Assembly: GCA_964035545.1 (NCBI GenBank)
Contig: OZ037768.1
Location: 23,407,319-23,471,318, forward strand
DNA from: Bugula neritina
Taxonomy: Eukaryota; Animalia; Bryozoa
Length of the DNA: 64,000 bases
Direction: 5' to 3'
Part shown: positions 26,701 to 41,700 of the stretch, piece after piece
How the letters are laid out: each line of letters starts with the position of its first letter
Position numbering within the stretch: position 1 is the stretch's first letter
Position numbers and translations under genes: made by a program
Notes under the pieces: generated by a model
What the model saw: only the letters and a program-made list of their open reading frames with translations
What the model was told of the DNA's origin: nothing
Databases searched by the model: none

Positions 26701-29700
26701 GAACCCATGACTTCGTGTTTCCAAAGTCAAACACTCTAACGGCTGCTCCAAACACTGCTACGTTACGATGTTGGAAAATAATTTCACTCAAAAATCAGAT
26801 TTTTCAAAAAAAGTCAGCCTTTCAACTACAAAACTGCACTGGATATTGTGAATGATGCCAAATATACGTATTCTGTTTTCACTGCGGTCAACACCAGAGG
26901 CCCAAACATAAGTATAGACAGCCAGTTAGTCTCAGGATATCAAAATATGTATTACCGAAGAAGTTGGAATACATTGTGTTCAGCTGGCTGAGAGCTACTT
27001 CAACATGGTGCAGAGCATTCTCCTTGCTACACAATATGATAGTGGAAGGTTTGGGAGCATCTGGCACAGATCTTGTTGAACTAGGTTGAGCTGCAAGAAA
27101 TAGATGAGTCATACTTAAGTACAGATTGAGTATGACTCGTAGACAAGTCATACTTGAGTGCAATCTGACTTGCCTATTAGTCATACTCAAACTGCACTCA
27201 AGCATGACTTGTCTACTAGTCATACTCAAACTGCACTCAAGTATGACTCATAGGCAAGTCATGCTTGAGTGCACCTTGACTTGTCTATTAGTCATACTCA
27301 AACAGCACTTAAGTACGACTCATAGGCAAGTCAGACTTGAGTGCAGCTCGAGCAGTCAAAAAAATAATCGGAAACACCATCATAAGTTTGAAAAAAATCT
27401 CAGTAAAGGTAAAACAAGCGTTTCATACTTGGTAACATGCGCAGCTCTGTACTAAGAAAACTGGTTAAGTAAACTTACCTTACCCCTATCTCATTATAGA
27501 ATATAAAAACACAGCCTGTTGTAATATTTTAATGAATTCTAGAGACAATTATTTATACTAAAAAGTTAACAGCCAGGTAAATAAACCATCTGCTGCAGTT
27601 ATCTAGAAGAGAAGTTAACATACCAGAAGGAGTAGCACCAGAGGGCGTCTGTGAGGAAGCAGGGGGGTTTGGCACGTCTGTAGCAATATACTTTGCAAAC
27701 TCAGCTGGTATACCTGAAAACACAAGTCGTGGAATTATAACATTAGGAAAGTAGTGTCTCATGTTTCGCTGTATTGTACCTAGTATATAAATGAGTGTAA
27801 TGAGCAGCTTACACTCTCTAATAATCAATATGATGCAAGGTTCTTCTCTAACTACTTTCTAATCAACACTTACTCACCATCTACGCTCTGTATCTACTGT
27901 GTATACACTATGTCTATTGTCTATCTAAGATCTGTATCTACTGCGTATACGCTATGTCTATTGTCTACCTACGTTCTCTATCTACTGTGTATATGCTATG
28001 TCTATTGTCTATCTACGTTCTGTATCTACTGTGTATACACTATATCTATTGTCTATCTAGGATCTGTATCTACTGCATATACGCTATGTCTATTGTCTAT
28101 CTACGTTCTCTATCTACTGTGTATATGCTATGTCTATTGTCTATCTACGTTCTGTATCTACTGTGTATACACTATGTCTATTGTCTATCTAAGTTCTGTA
28201 TCTACTGCGTATACGCTATGTCTATTGTCTATATTTTTTATTTCTTTATACCAATTTCGATTTTTTTTATTAAAGTTTTTTAGTTTTAGTAAATTGGTAT
28301 ATTTAATAAGTTGGTAGAAAAACAGCAAAGATTGGGAACTAACCCAAAGCAGAAACTTGTTTCTGAGAAAGACGTCTGCGGCGTATGCCTCGGAATAAAA
28401 ACCCTCGGTTGAGCAGGTCTTGAAGGAACTTCCCCAAATATTTAGTAGGATAAAATGGAGACACAATAATGAACACATCTCCACTTGTTGTGGCCGATAG
28501 AAGAGAAACGGATGACGGACTGTAAACATGAAGTGGAATTTTCAAGCAAAAAATGTCCAATAGAAAGTAAAGGACCCATTATTCATCCACAATTGCACCA
28601 CATACTACCTTTTTATAAAATATACATTGTAAAAAGGCTAACAGATAAATTACAAAAGAAAAACAAAAATGCTACAGTAGAATAGGTCTGTAGGAATGGT
28701 GAAAAACTACAAAACTTATTGAAGATTATGCTTTAAACTTTTTTATTTAGTCACTCACCCGATCCTATAACCACTCACTCACTAAATAACTCAATCACTC
28801 TCAATCAAGAAATCCTTTTGTCACTAATTAAATAAATCATACACTGACTCACTCACTCACTCACTCACTCCCTTACACACTTATACACTGACTCACTCAC
28901 TGACTCACTAACTCACTAACCCACTCAGTTCTTACTTTAGCACAATTGATGCCAAGTCTTTTGCAGACTTGGAGGAAGACTTGTGACATTTCATAATTCT
29001 GCTCATCTGATCTTCTGATACTCTGCCACCAAACCACCTGATCAGATCGTTAGTAATTTGCACAGAAAGTCTCGGGGTAAAAACATTAGGTGCCCCATCA
29101 ACTTGCGCTACACAATAGAAACACATTAAAATGTTGAAGTTAATTTCATAAAACTATAGAATTATATATGACTGTAGGTAGAAATATAGAATTATACATG
29201 CCTGTAAGTAGATATTGAAATGTATATGATTATAGGTAGATTTAGAACTATACATGCCTGTAAGTAGATATTGAAATGTATATGATTATAGGTAGATTTA
29301 GAACTATACATTACTGTTTGAAGATGTAGACTGATAATTGACTGTAAATAGATATATAATTAGACATAGAGCTAGCAAACGTACATCCACAAATGATCGT
29401 AGAAGCCATGACAGTTTCGGGTGTGGTGGATGTGTTAGACGCGTCACTTTTCTGATAAAACTCCAAAGTCTCGAACCACCTGCGCCGAGCCCATGGCCCA
29501 CGAAGTGCTATCAGCAAAACATTCCCAGCATCTAGAAAGACTTCGCCTAAAATGAAGACAAAGGTACCAGGTGTCAGCATCATACCACCTGGTGTCAGCA
29601 TCATACTACCTGGTGTTAGCAGCATACTACCTGGTGTCAGCAGTATACTACCTGGTGTTAGCAGCATACCACCTGGTGTCAGCGGTATATTCATAGCAAA

Positions 29701-32700
29701 TTACACAATCAACCAAAGCAAACAATATATTGGAATTGAATGAACTTTTAGAAAAACAGTAGATGCAAGATGGATACTTAGTAATTAGTTTTGTGAAAAA
29801 TTACTAGTAAGTATTCAATTGTTTGAAATCTAACAGAAAGCTAAAACAACGCTTCAGTTAAAAGGTAACTTAGTAAATTCCTAACAAATATTAAGCAGGA
29901 ATGCCAAGACTTAGGTTAGCTATAACCTTGCAGCTCATACAGGAAGTAAAAAAGAAATAAATACCAGTAGGTGTAGTAGGCCAAGATAGCCTAAGGCCTG
30001 CAATATCCAATGTCTTTTTTAAAAGAAATGTCAAAATAAATGCAAGAATGTTTGGATTTGAGAACACAGGATATCGCATCTGCACATACGTCGTATCGAT
30101 CTCCAGCTCTCCCTCAGCCTGCATTATAATCAAAACACAATATTCACTTCCACTTATTAATGTGGGCCAATAAGCCCTTTTCCAGCATCCCAATTATTCA
30201 ACTTAAAGTTAGGAGTTGTGCCTCTTTAGTGGGTTTACACGTAAACTTTATTATATAGAGCAGTTCTTTATAGACATAAATATTATTCTGGTAGCAGCAC
30301 ACATATTAGTATTTCAAAATATTATTTAAGATCATGTCTGCATGGCAAATTTAAAAAGGAAATTGCAAGCATTTATTACTAGGATGATCAGAGGTATGTG
30401 TACCCACTAAAAGAGCACAACTCCCAATTATAAACTGAAAGTTGGGGACATTGGAAAAAAATTTATAGCTAATCTACGCTAGACCACTGAGTAAAAAGCG
30501 AATGACTATTTAGCACATCAAACTGGTTGTAAAATATTAAATTGAAAAAATTTAATGAAAACCCACATAAATGAACCATAATATATTTATAGTTTATAGT
30601 TTAAGTAAAGGTTTGGCCAACAGAATTCTTTTAAAAAAATATTTTAAACAACTTTTCTCTTTTCTGCAGCTTTGATACTCTAATTTAAATTGGTTTCACT
30701 CTACAAATCTGCGTGACTCAGCTGTGTTAATTAAAAATTGAAAATTATATTTCATTTTTAATTTTTAATTCAAATAAATTTTCATTTTTATTTTATGCAC
30801 TCTAAAAAGTGAATTATTGTGAGAGTGGAATACATTTCATCATTACACAAATGCAGAGTTACCTCCCTTACATTGTTTAGCGGGTGACCTTCTGAGCCGC
30901 TATTCAACTCCTCAGTAGCAACGGTTGACCACAGAATTGCATACGGATTTCTAAAGTAATGATTGATTAAACCTTTACTTGTCTCCACCTGACAAATGAA
31001 TAAGATGATACATTATATATATTATATCATATCGCAAGGTATCATATCATATAGCAGCGCATGATCAATAAGTGACAAAGAGTAAAATAAGTCATTTGTA
31101 CATCACAGGTAACACTCTGTGATGATAAATTAGGTTATGAAATAAACTATAACATAAATATACTACTATTCCACACAATGCAATACACAGTATATACACA
31201 ATGCTATAGCTATGCGTACTATTGTACAGAATACTTTATATTATATTTACATTTATAAATGTTGAAAGTGGTTTATTAAAAATTTGAGATTTCTCAATTA
31301 ACGATTCGACATCGGGCTCAGAGCCAGAGCGTAAATCCTTCAACGCCTTCGTTCTCAAGTACCAGGCGATTCGTTGAACAAACGCAGACTTCTGACTGTC
31401 TTTCTACAACACAACACATCTTCTACAGTGACTGGGAGAAAATAACTTTTATTCTATGCATGTTAAAAGAAAGATAACTCTTAACATACCAGAGGGAAGA
31501 TAACTCGGAACACATTCAACTAGAAGATAAAATATAAAGCTTTCTCTCTATTTGTGGCATTGTAGCCTATGTATGTGTGCATAGGGACAAAATGGTCAAA
31601 TGTAATGGACACGTAAGTCTAATATGAAATCCTACTACGACACAGAAAAGCAACAAGGCGGTGTATAACATATTCAACAAATCATAACACTAGAAGTACA
31701 CAGTAGAAATTTATTCAAATTTTGTAAATTAAATATTTGAAATTTTCACAACACTGAAAAGTTCAAAAGAAACAGAAATTTAAGAGCCCTTAAGCGTCTA
31801 CTTACTTTTGGTACTCGGCCAAGTTTCAAAGAGCTTAGATCATTCGCAGATGGTACAACGACAGCAGCTAACATCAGCTTCCTATCAACAACCATTTGCT
31901 GCAGTCCTACCACGTGGAACAGGTGGAATACATGGTCATCCTTGTCTTTGGAAGTTGGATTCTCTATGTCATTGGGTATTTTGGAACAGAGCCAAGCCAC
32001 CAATAGGATGTAAGGGTCGGGCACGCCTGGTAAAATATTCAAAAAAAATTATCCAATGAGACAAGAGAACACTTGACAGTAGCCAATAAGGTGAGAGGAT
32101 ACTCGACAGGAGCCAATGAGACTAGAGAACACTTAACAGGAGCCAATGAGACAAGAGAACACTTGACAGTAGCCAATGAGGTGGGAGGATATGTAAAATA
32201 AAAGAAAACGCCTCACCTTTTTCCAAAACCCTTTGAAAGGCAATCTCTCCATTGCTGGACAGTTGAACTGTTAGTAAGGCAAATTCTTCTTGTTTGTCAA
32301 AGGTCATAGGTAGAGACGGAGAGGGGGGCTCATGAGACACATCCTACATAATGAAAGTGTGCATTAGCCTAAGGCTATTACTAGAAAAGCTTATGACAGA
32401 GAGGACACAACTTAACAGTGGAAGAACCGTAAGTGAGAAAATCAATATTTCGTGTGTACATTGTTAGCTGCATATAAAAGCACTGGTTTAGTAAACACGA
32501 AGTCAGTGATTCGAATCCCAGTAATGATCATTGGTGATGTTAGGAAGGGCATGCAGTCACAACAGAAGACACGCCTGAAACTACTTTTTATCAGGATTCT
32601 CAAAAAGATAATTAATATAAACCAACATGAGTTTTTTTTATAAAAGTAAGAATATCACGTAGCCAGACATACCAACACGTGTATGCATCTATTAGCATGC

Positions 32701-35700
32701 GTGCTTACCAGCTTACCACCTTACTAGTACACAGTAACAACTGCAGACACATGTACTACTAGCAGACGTTGAGTATAGCATGTGTAACCATAACTCACAA
32801 TGTGATAGAGAGGGAAGGTAGCGGAGGCAGCCTTTCTTTTTGAGTCTGTGGCAACAGCTTGTGCTGAATTCGTCAGGTCATCCAGGAGGGCTTTCTTTGC
32901 GCGATAAATTGGAAGTTGTCTCCTACCAAATCAAAGCATACGTCACAGCAGAAGATATCACAGCAGAAGATGTATTATCATTATAGTATTATCACAGTAT
33001 ACACTAGAGTATATTATTATATATTTTCATATTATTCTTATTATATTACTAAAGTATATTTTACCTGTATTCTTCATCAACTCTCTTTTTTATCTCTTTT
33101 TGCCGAGCAGAACTCTCATCATCCTCACCGTCAGCAGAGGCAGCGTAACTGCCACCTCTTTTCTTCTTGCTCGAAGCTGACCTGAGAGGAAACATGAAAA
33201 CTATGCTCAACTTAAATGGTTAGAACAATGGCATTCTTGAGGTTTTTCTCCGACTGTAGACACCTTAACCCCTCTCTGGGAACACAACTCCAATATTCTG
33301 CAGTATACAAGCTTTCTAAACGGCTTGAGGGCAAAAGGGACAAATTATAACTGATATTACCACTTGGTTATATATTGCAAGTATTTATAACTGCCCGTCG
33401 TGTTTTAACAACTTCTACAGTATTTAAATGATTGAGATATGAGATTACTAAACGGTTAATTTAAAACAACGTATATAAAAATAGGTCAAAGTTTACCTAC
33501 TTTAGCTAGATAAAAAGCTCTTCTCGTCAGCATACAGCTTTAATGTGTCTAAACAATTAGGACATGCTAGCAAAGTTTACAATACAACAGTCATAGCCTT
33601 GGAGGTGAGCTGAAAATCAAGGAAGAGGGAGGGGGCGTATGAAGACCCAGTGTTATAATATAACAACCAGTAAGTCAAATCATTTGGTAGACACATCTGA
33701 TAAAATATGAGATGAAAAAACTTTAATTGTTATAATAAGTAACAATTACTTTGTTCTTTCTTCAGTCTTCTTTTTGGAATCATCTTCCTTCCCAAGAATT
33801 GTCTCCTCGCTTTTGTCTTCTGCAGCAGAAGCGGCGACAGAGGATGGAGAAGCAGCTTTCTGTTCCTGTTTAACTTCCTGTTTACCGCTTGTAGGTAATG
33901 TTCTAGAATAAGTGAATCATAACTTGAAGGAACAAGTTTAATTACAGGTTTCCCCCCATTCTGTACAAAGCTTTTAGTGAGTAGCAAAAATATTTTTCAA
34001 TTTTATAGGAAAAATGTTTCAGTTTTCTGCAAGTATGCTATCCTAGTGTTAACTTAGACTTTTTAAAAACATTCAACTGTGATTACTAAGTGAGTTATTA
34101 TCAATATGTTTTCCATTTGAATCACAAAATAACATCCATGTTGGCTATCAAATGTTTAAACATGACCAAAGCCAGCCACAACCAAAATACATAAATGAAA
34201 ATTTGAAGCAAGCGAAACTAAACCTATTTTTCATTTTCAAATATTTGAGTCTCCGATAAAGGTTTGGTTGTATTACAGCTTGAAACTAGAATTGTTGGCA
34301 TGCTTAAAATACTTACGTTGTAGGGACATTGATTGTATCTTTCAGAGAGCTGGCGGAAGCCACATCTCTTCTCTCCAGAGCTTCTCTGACTCTTTTCCTG
34401 TGCTGCAGCCAAGCAGTCTGATCATCACTAGCAGACATGTCACTCGAACTACTATCAGAGTCGTCCTCTCTGAAAGGGAACACAAAACATTATACCATTA
34501 GATAAATGTCTGGTACACAATGCCTTCCCTGTCACTAGTCTTTTAAAAAGTTTCAAATGAGCCTGTCAAACATTCTGGAACCTAATTGTTTTTACTGGCA
34601 AATTTTGAGGAAGGTGCAGTAACTTGAGGGGGAATAAAAAACTTGTGTTCTATAACTATGCTCTCATAAAACTCATAGAAACAAACCAAAAATGAAACAT
34701 GATATTTTCAAACTGTCAAATAAAAAGAATTTGCATTTAAATTTGAACTTAGGCCACTTCCAATACTAAAACTAGTAGTAGTATAATTACTAGTACTAGG
34801 TAGTAGTATAATTACTATTACTAGGTAGTAGTATAATTACTAGTACTAGGTAGTAGTATAATTACTAGTACTAGGTAGTAGGTACATAAAGAGGCAGTCA
34901 GACAGGGTTGTGAAAACAAACTAGAAGTCTTAAGTAATCAGAAACTAAATTCAAACTGAGTGGCTGAGTGTTTAAGTTTTAAAAAATCAATAACTCTAAT
35001 GATTCAAACATTAAAAAAATCAAATACTATATTACTTAATTAACTAAATTTAAAAAAAATTAAATGTAGGTGTAGACTCACTTCCTCTAATTAACAAATA
35101 CCTACTGTACAAACTCACAGCACATCATTCCTGAACAAATGCCTGAAGATAGTCATAAGTGTAAGAATCATTTAGACGTTAGCTTCACCTGTCCAAGTTA
35201 ATCCCCAGAACTCTCTGAACTACAGCCTGTCTGTGTCTGTCTTCTTCACTAACAGCTGATGACTTTCTCAGGTCAATGAAGACTGTATTCCTGGCAGGTG
35301 TGTGTGCTGCCGCCCCTGGTTCTGTAGCTGCTGCCACTGGCTCTGTAACTGAAGATAGCAGAACACTGTTGCTTTAAGCAGTGAAAGTATCTGAGACAGT
35401 TGACTAGAGAAAGGTAAAACTGATTATGTAATAACTGAGTGCTAACATACAATAGCAGGCCTTACCATACAATAACAAGCCTTACCATACAATAGCAGGC
35501 CTTACCATACAATAGCAGGCCTTACCATACAATAGCAGGCCTTACCATACAATAGCAAGCCCTACCACACAATAGCAAGCCTTACCATACAATTACAAGC
35601 CCTACCACACAATACCCCTTGAGGAACAAAGCTATCCAGTGAAAGCTATGATAAGACAGCTAGCAATGTGCCAGGTATGAAATGCACTAACCTTGAGATT

Positions 35701-38700
35701 GTCTCTCCTGGTGGTTGTCTGTGCTGACTCCAGATGAACTCCTGGATTCACTGGCAGCAGATACCCCCTTCTCTCCTATTGCATCCGCCTCATACTTAGA
35801 TAGAAGTTTTTCTTTCCTATCAGATAAAGTATAAGACTGCATCATATATAGTAAGCAGTAGTATTATAGAATATGAACTAGAAAATCAGCAGCTCTAACA
35901 TAGCAGGTGATATTACCGTCTATTATAATGTTTTGTGCAAAGTAATAAATTTGTTAATGTATTATATTTTACAAAATCAGAAATTTTTTGATAAAGTTAT
36001 ACAATTGTCTAACAACCATCAGTAGGTTGGGATATAAGATGTTTTATAAGCTACGTAGTTGTTGAAATTTTATTTTTTGTTTACAAAATTTGAAGCTATT
36101 AATATTTTTAAAGCGAAGAATTTGAGGCTATCACAAATGCTTTCGAGTTATTTCAAATGATGTTTACTTACTAGGTATTGTTGTGAAAAATCACTCAGTT
36201 TATAATAATATAAGTAATTTTAACTTTCTCACATTCTTTGTGTCATATAAATATGTACGCAGCTATACACAACAACATATAATATATTACATAACGTTAT
36301 CTTCAAATGCATTGTAAGTGCAGCTTTCTTCAAACAGCTGAAATATTTCTTTAAACCCATAATATACTTATAGGCTAAGTTCCTAGCAATCGTATTGTGA
36401 ATGTTTGGGTGTACCTAACACTACGCCTCTCGGCCCCAGACATAGGATCTATGTCTATTTTCTGTCCTGACTGTTGCACCGAAAGTTTTACCAAACTCTG
36501 CATTATCTCCGTGCATTTGTTAGGATCTGAAAACAAACAGAAAATATTTTCCAGTGACACTGAGAATATCTTTCTTTGTTGTTGAACACATGTTGCCATG
36601 ACAACAGGTTATAAAACTGTAAGACTATGCATCTATGTTTTCATTTAAAAAGTTTTACAATCACATAGCTAACATGTTTTAGAGTTTTGGGTATTTTATA
36701 CAGGCAGTGAGCCGTCTTACAATTTATTATGACTGTTAGAATTAGTACTAAGATAACTAATAGCCATATCAGTTACAATAGAGTAGAGTTATTCTCTCTT
36801 TCTACATTGATGCAATACTTGAAATATGACTGGATACATTGAAATATCCTTTAGAAAATAGCAAGTGCTGGACATTCTGTAATGGATTTTCACCCTCTAT
36901 TAGTTTTTAACTGCGTGAGTCAGTATTATAACTACTGTTGCGTATCGTTTTGAATGCTGTAAGTATAGCTAAGTTGCACTAGCTTTCTAATGCCTTATTA
37001 TTGTGATTAAGCTTTCAGTATAATGTAATTTTCATTAAATACGCATTTCCAGAGTTATTTTCCCTTTTTGCTATTTCATCGTTTTGCATTAATACTGATA
37101 CTGGAAATTTGTGTAGCTTTTATGAATGCCTTCAATAGGTTGTTATTATAGCTAAATTCTTGGCCTATTGAATTATTCATTCTCCTTTGTCTATTTTTCT
37201 TTTGTTACTGTCAAGCTTAACTTTCTTTTGTCTGTTGGAACATTCTAGATGTGAATTCTTGTGTATAAAAGCAGGCGAGTTTCCAGTGTAGCTTCAGACT
37301 ACTACTGGAGCTCGCTGGTAGTAGGACCACATAAGCTGTATCTGATACAATAAAGGTTATCCTCATTTGTACTCAAATACTTGGCTTATTCTTTCTAGAG
37401 CATGTAGGCACTAGTTGCATTCAGAACCCACAGTTTATTACAATTCTAAAGCACAGCAAAAGCTTAAGGAGAGAAAATCATAACAAAACTATAAAGTTAA
37501 GCGCCATTTTTCAAAGCAAAGTACAGAAATTTCTATTTAATGCAAACTTTTTTCAGAAAATAATGGTCATTGCCCAGTAATCAATATGATTCAAAGGTGT
37601 CATCTCAGATAGATGCTTCCAGTTAGACGCTATTTATTTATTTTAGTACAATATATTTTTTCTACGTGCAATTTATTAGAATATTATTGTAATATATATA
37701 TATTTCAATAAACTTGGATCATGCAATTGCTTGTTATTTAGCACATAAATAAAATCTTTTGATCTGCATTAACTTAATATTTATACTTCTTGTTGTTTGA
37801 AAAATATTTTCTTAATAAGTATTTAAATTAATGATCATATTTATTATTGATGTAAATTACTGCTTTTTCCATACACATATCCATGGAAATTGGAATAGTA
37901 TCCCAAATAATTTACATTAGCTATCATAGCTATTATAAGCTATAGCTATTTAGTAATCAATGCAACATTTATATAGGTATGTGGGAAATTTAGTCTAGTG
38001 TCCAACTGGTAAGCGTCTATCTGGGATGAAACCTATTCCAATTCTGAACAACAGTTTTAATCACTCAGCAATGTTGGCTTTGATAATGGGAATACAACAG
38101 TTCCATTTGAAAGCTTTTTAGCAGATGGGAACTAATAAGCAGTTACATAATTATCTTAAATAAGCAGACGAAAAGAAATAGACCAAATGCTTTGCTAACA
38201 GAAGAAATGTGCTAAATGGATGTCACCAAAACACATAAGTTGGAAAAATACTGTAACCTGATAAACATTCTCCTGAATAAAAGAAGATAACTCCAGTCAA
38301 AGTGTAAAATTCGCAATAATATAACATCAACATATCACTTGGTTTGGGAAATCCTTAAACTATAGTGTGAGATTGTTAGGATGGAACTTGCCTATAACCT
38401 ACATCTAGGAGATTGTGTGGCAACTAAACTCTCCCTTATCAGTGAAAACCTACTAATTTGCAGTTCACAGGCTAACACTGCTAGTCATAGTATATCGCAT
38501 TTTCAGTTTTTTAAATATGATAAATCTCATCAACCTAGTAAGCCAGCTATTATTTTAAATTTTCTTCAGCTAAACTGCTTCTGTAAATAACTGAAGACAT
38601 CAACATATTCTAATAAATTTCCAGTTAATGAGGTGCTAATTTTACTGAGTAATAGGTATTAACTTTAGTAGGTAATAAGGTGGAAATTTTACTGGACAAT

Positions 38701-41700
38701 AGGTGGTCATTTTACTGGGCAATAGGTGGTAATTCTACATTGCAGAATAGAAAGCAGCTGAGTGGTGACTCACCTCGAGATGAAAGCATGTTGTCACCTG
38801 GTTTAAGGTCAAACAAATCTAAACTGGAAGACCGAGACCTCTGATGTCTTCTGTATTCATCCTCCACAACATTCTGCAGCGCTAAATCTACAGATACAGA
38901 AGAAGAGAGCAATTTAACATGTCACCCAACAAAATGACAAACTATCACATAAATATATACACTACGTTACTTCACAGTAACATTGTATATAGTATTTTAA
39001 TCCTCTTATAGTAATGTTTTGAGCAAGATATGAAAAGCAAATCATTGTCATGACTAACCCACTTTTAACTTACACGACCTAATTATTAAGTTACCATGAC
39101 TCACCCAGATCTACATTTTCTAGAGATCCTAAAGAAAGGTCAACATCAGTTGACCTGCTGTTTCTATTCCTGCTAGGACGAGAATTGCGGTGGCGTCGAG
39201 ACCTCGGGGATTGTGCTACTCGGGGTGAAGAGATTTGTGGTGATGCTACTCGGGGTGAAGAGATTTGTGGTGATGCAACACGGGGTGAAGGAATGCGAGG
39301 TGATGATCCATTGTCACCATCCTGCCAGGCAATGCGGGGTTCTCTAAGAAAAAAATAAAAGAGTTTACCTATAAGGGCCAAAAGCATAATACATAAGTAG
39401 AAAAAACATTTTAAGTTTTAATATTTGACCAAAAAGTTTGAAATAAAATAAACTTGAAAGTTCTTATTTGTTTTTACTATACATTACTACTGAGGATGTC
39501 ACTTTTGATTAAATTCATTGAAATTACTAAAGCTGAAGAGAATACAATAATAATCCATAATTGTTAAAAGGAGAAGACAACTCATCTGAGGCTATAATAC
39601 TAGAGAGTAGCCTACACCTTGTCTAATAGTAAATGACTGAAATCACCATCATATAATTATTTTTGCAAATTTTTTCAAGCATCAAGTAGATTCCCATAAT
39701 TTAATTCTGTTCTGATAGTATAACATAAAAATTTCAAAACTCATTCATAAAATTTAGAAAATATGATGAAAAAGCAGTCTCTTCTATTTAAACAATAAAT
39801 GATAGCAAAAGTAGATTTCAACTGGAATATAATGTGGTTTATAGTCTTTAGCAGATAAGCTACAAGCTAACCCGAGGTGATTGGCTAACTGACTTACAAG
39901 CTTTCGGATTTCCTACCAGCTTGTACGGCTTGGATATTGGCTATTGTGAGAGTGAAAGTGAAAGTAAAGACCGCACGGGGACTCTTACGCAGACTGTCGA
40001 GTAAGTAGGACCTTATATTTCATCAACCATTTTTATGCTTTAAATCTCACAAGAAAAAATATTTAAAAAAAAGGAATATTTGAAAACTGCTAAAAACTCA
40101 CTGATGACTTGAGAAACTTATCCCGGACATCAAAGATTCTAGCTCTCTGTTGTCAAAACTACTTTGAATATCGGCATTCCTGTTGGAGTCGTGTAACCAG
40201 CTTTGAGCGTCATTACTTATTGCTGCTGGCCTCCATGTGCTAATGTTTTCATCATCTTCATTCCTATTGGCTGAGGCATAGTCATCACTACTCCTATTGG
40301 CTGAGAGATGATCATCTGTTAAGCTACCCCAACTACTGTGTTGGACATTGTCTGTGTTGGCTGCTGAATAAAATAATCGCTAAAAGGCTTTGGTTGACTA
40401 ATTACTCCATAAACTCAAATTAATTTATAAAATTTAAAGCCTGGGAACTTACAGATTACTTACATTGAGAATCAGGCATGCAGTTTAATACCGATTGTAA
40501 ACATGAGCGTACTTGGCAAGATGGCCAGAGCAACTCAATAGATAAGAGAGGGAAGGTTGAATATTAATTTTGTAACATCTTTGCAATATATTCAAGTGAC
40601 TTTCCGTTAACATATTCATGCATTTCTGACACTTCAATCTGTAACATTTATACCCATTATATAGTGATAGACAAATGAATGCTGAGATGCCACCAGAACT
40701 GACCTGAATTTGAAGGCTTCCAATTCCAAACTCCACTCAACTCAGACGAGGTGAGACTTTCATCCAGGTCTTTATCAGCGTCTTCAATTATATGACCATA
40801 ACTTGAGGGTCGCTGGAAGATTTCTATTTCATCACCTGATCCCTCCTACAATAAAGTTGAAAGTGAAACTAGTTATTCAAATCATTATATTTAATACAAT
40901 TGCATTATACATTTATAAGCAGGGATGTAGTGGTACCCATACGGACCCATACGCCGTATGGCCTAGAAGAAAATAGACTGTTCTAGGCCATACGCCCGTA
41001 TGGGCATAATTATTTTTGAAAGATGATTAGTGCACGGGATAGTTTGGGCTTCCTCACTGAGAATATCATAAATTTCGCTCACAATCTAATTTAAGTTCTT
41101 GTTATGTTAATGCTATGTGGGTGGCATGCGTGTTGCCTACTTGTGATTGTTTAGCCTGAGATTACACTATGAATACTATGCAGCTATCAACATTGCATCT
41201 TCTTATCTCTACATGTTCACTGAAGCGCGAAGTGCTGTGCATTGGTGATTACTAAGGAAAAAATCTTTCATTTTCAGTGTATAAATCACTAACTTGTAGA
41301 AAATCTATGAAGGCTATTGAAAAGATTGAACAAAAAATTTACCATGCATAAATTTCTCAGGTTTCCGACAGTGTTTGTTCTATTCAAATACCATGCTTTC
41401 CTGCTGAGATATTTGGCAGGGATTGAAAAATAAATTTTTCAGGTAAAATTGGCCAAAAATGGGTAGATTTTTGTCGATAACTTTGCAAAAAAATATTGAA
41501 AACTCAAAAAACAGGTGCTCTGAGGAACAGGAAGATCTAAAACATGGTTTTTAAATTTTAATTCTAGCACAATTAAGTGAGGTTTTATTTGGCGGGACTG
41601 AATTCTTATAATATACCAATAATGTGGCCTCAGCACGGCAGTGACAGCTAGAAGGTGGCCCTTATCTATCTTGTGTGGACTTGCATTTTGTCAATAAGCA

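Noticed and set aside
39890-39945. Possible extra DNAAF8 exon (GTAAGT donor on minus strand)
   Set aside because: In the required phase it contains a stop; flanking exons join in frame without it.
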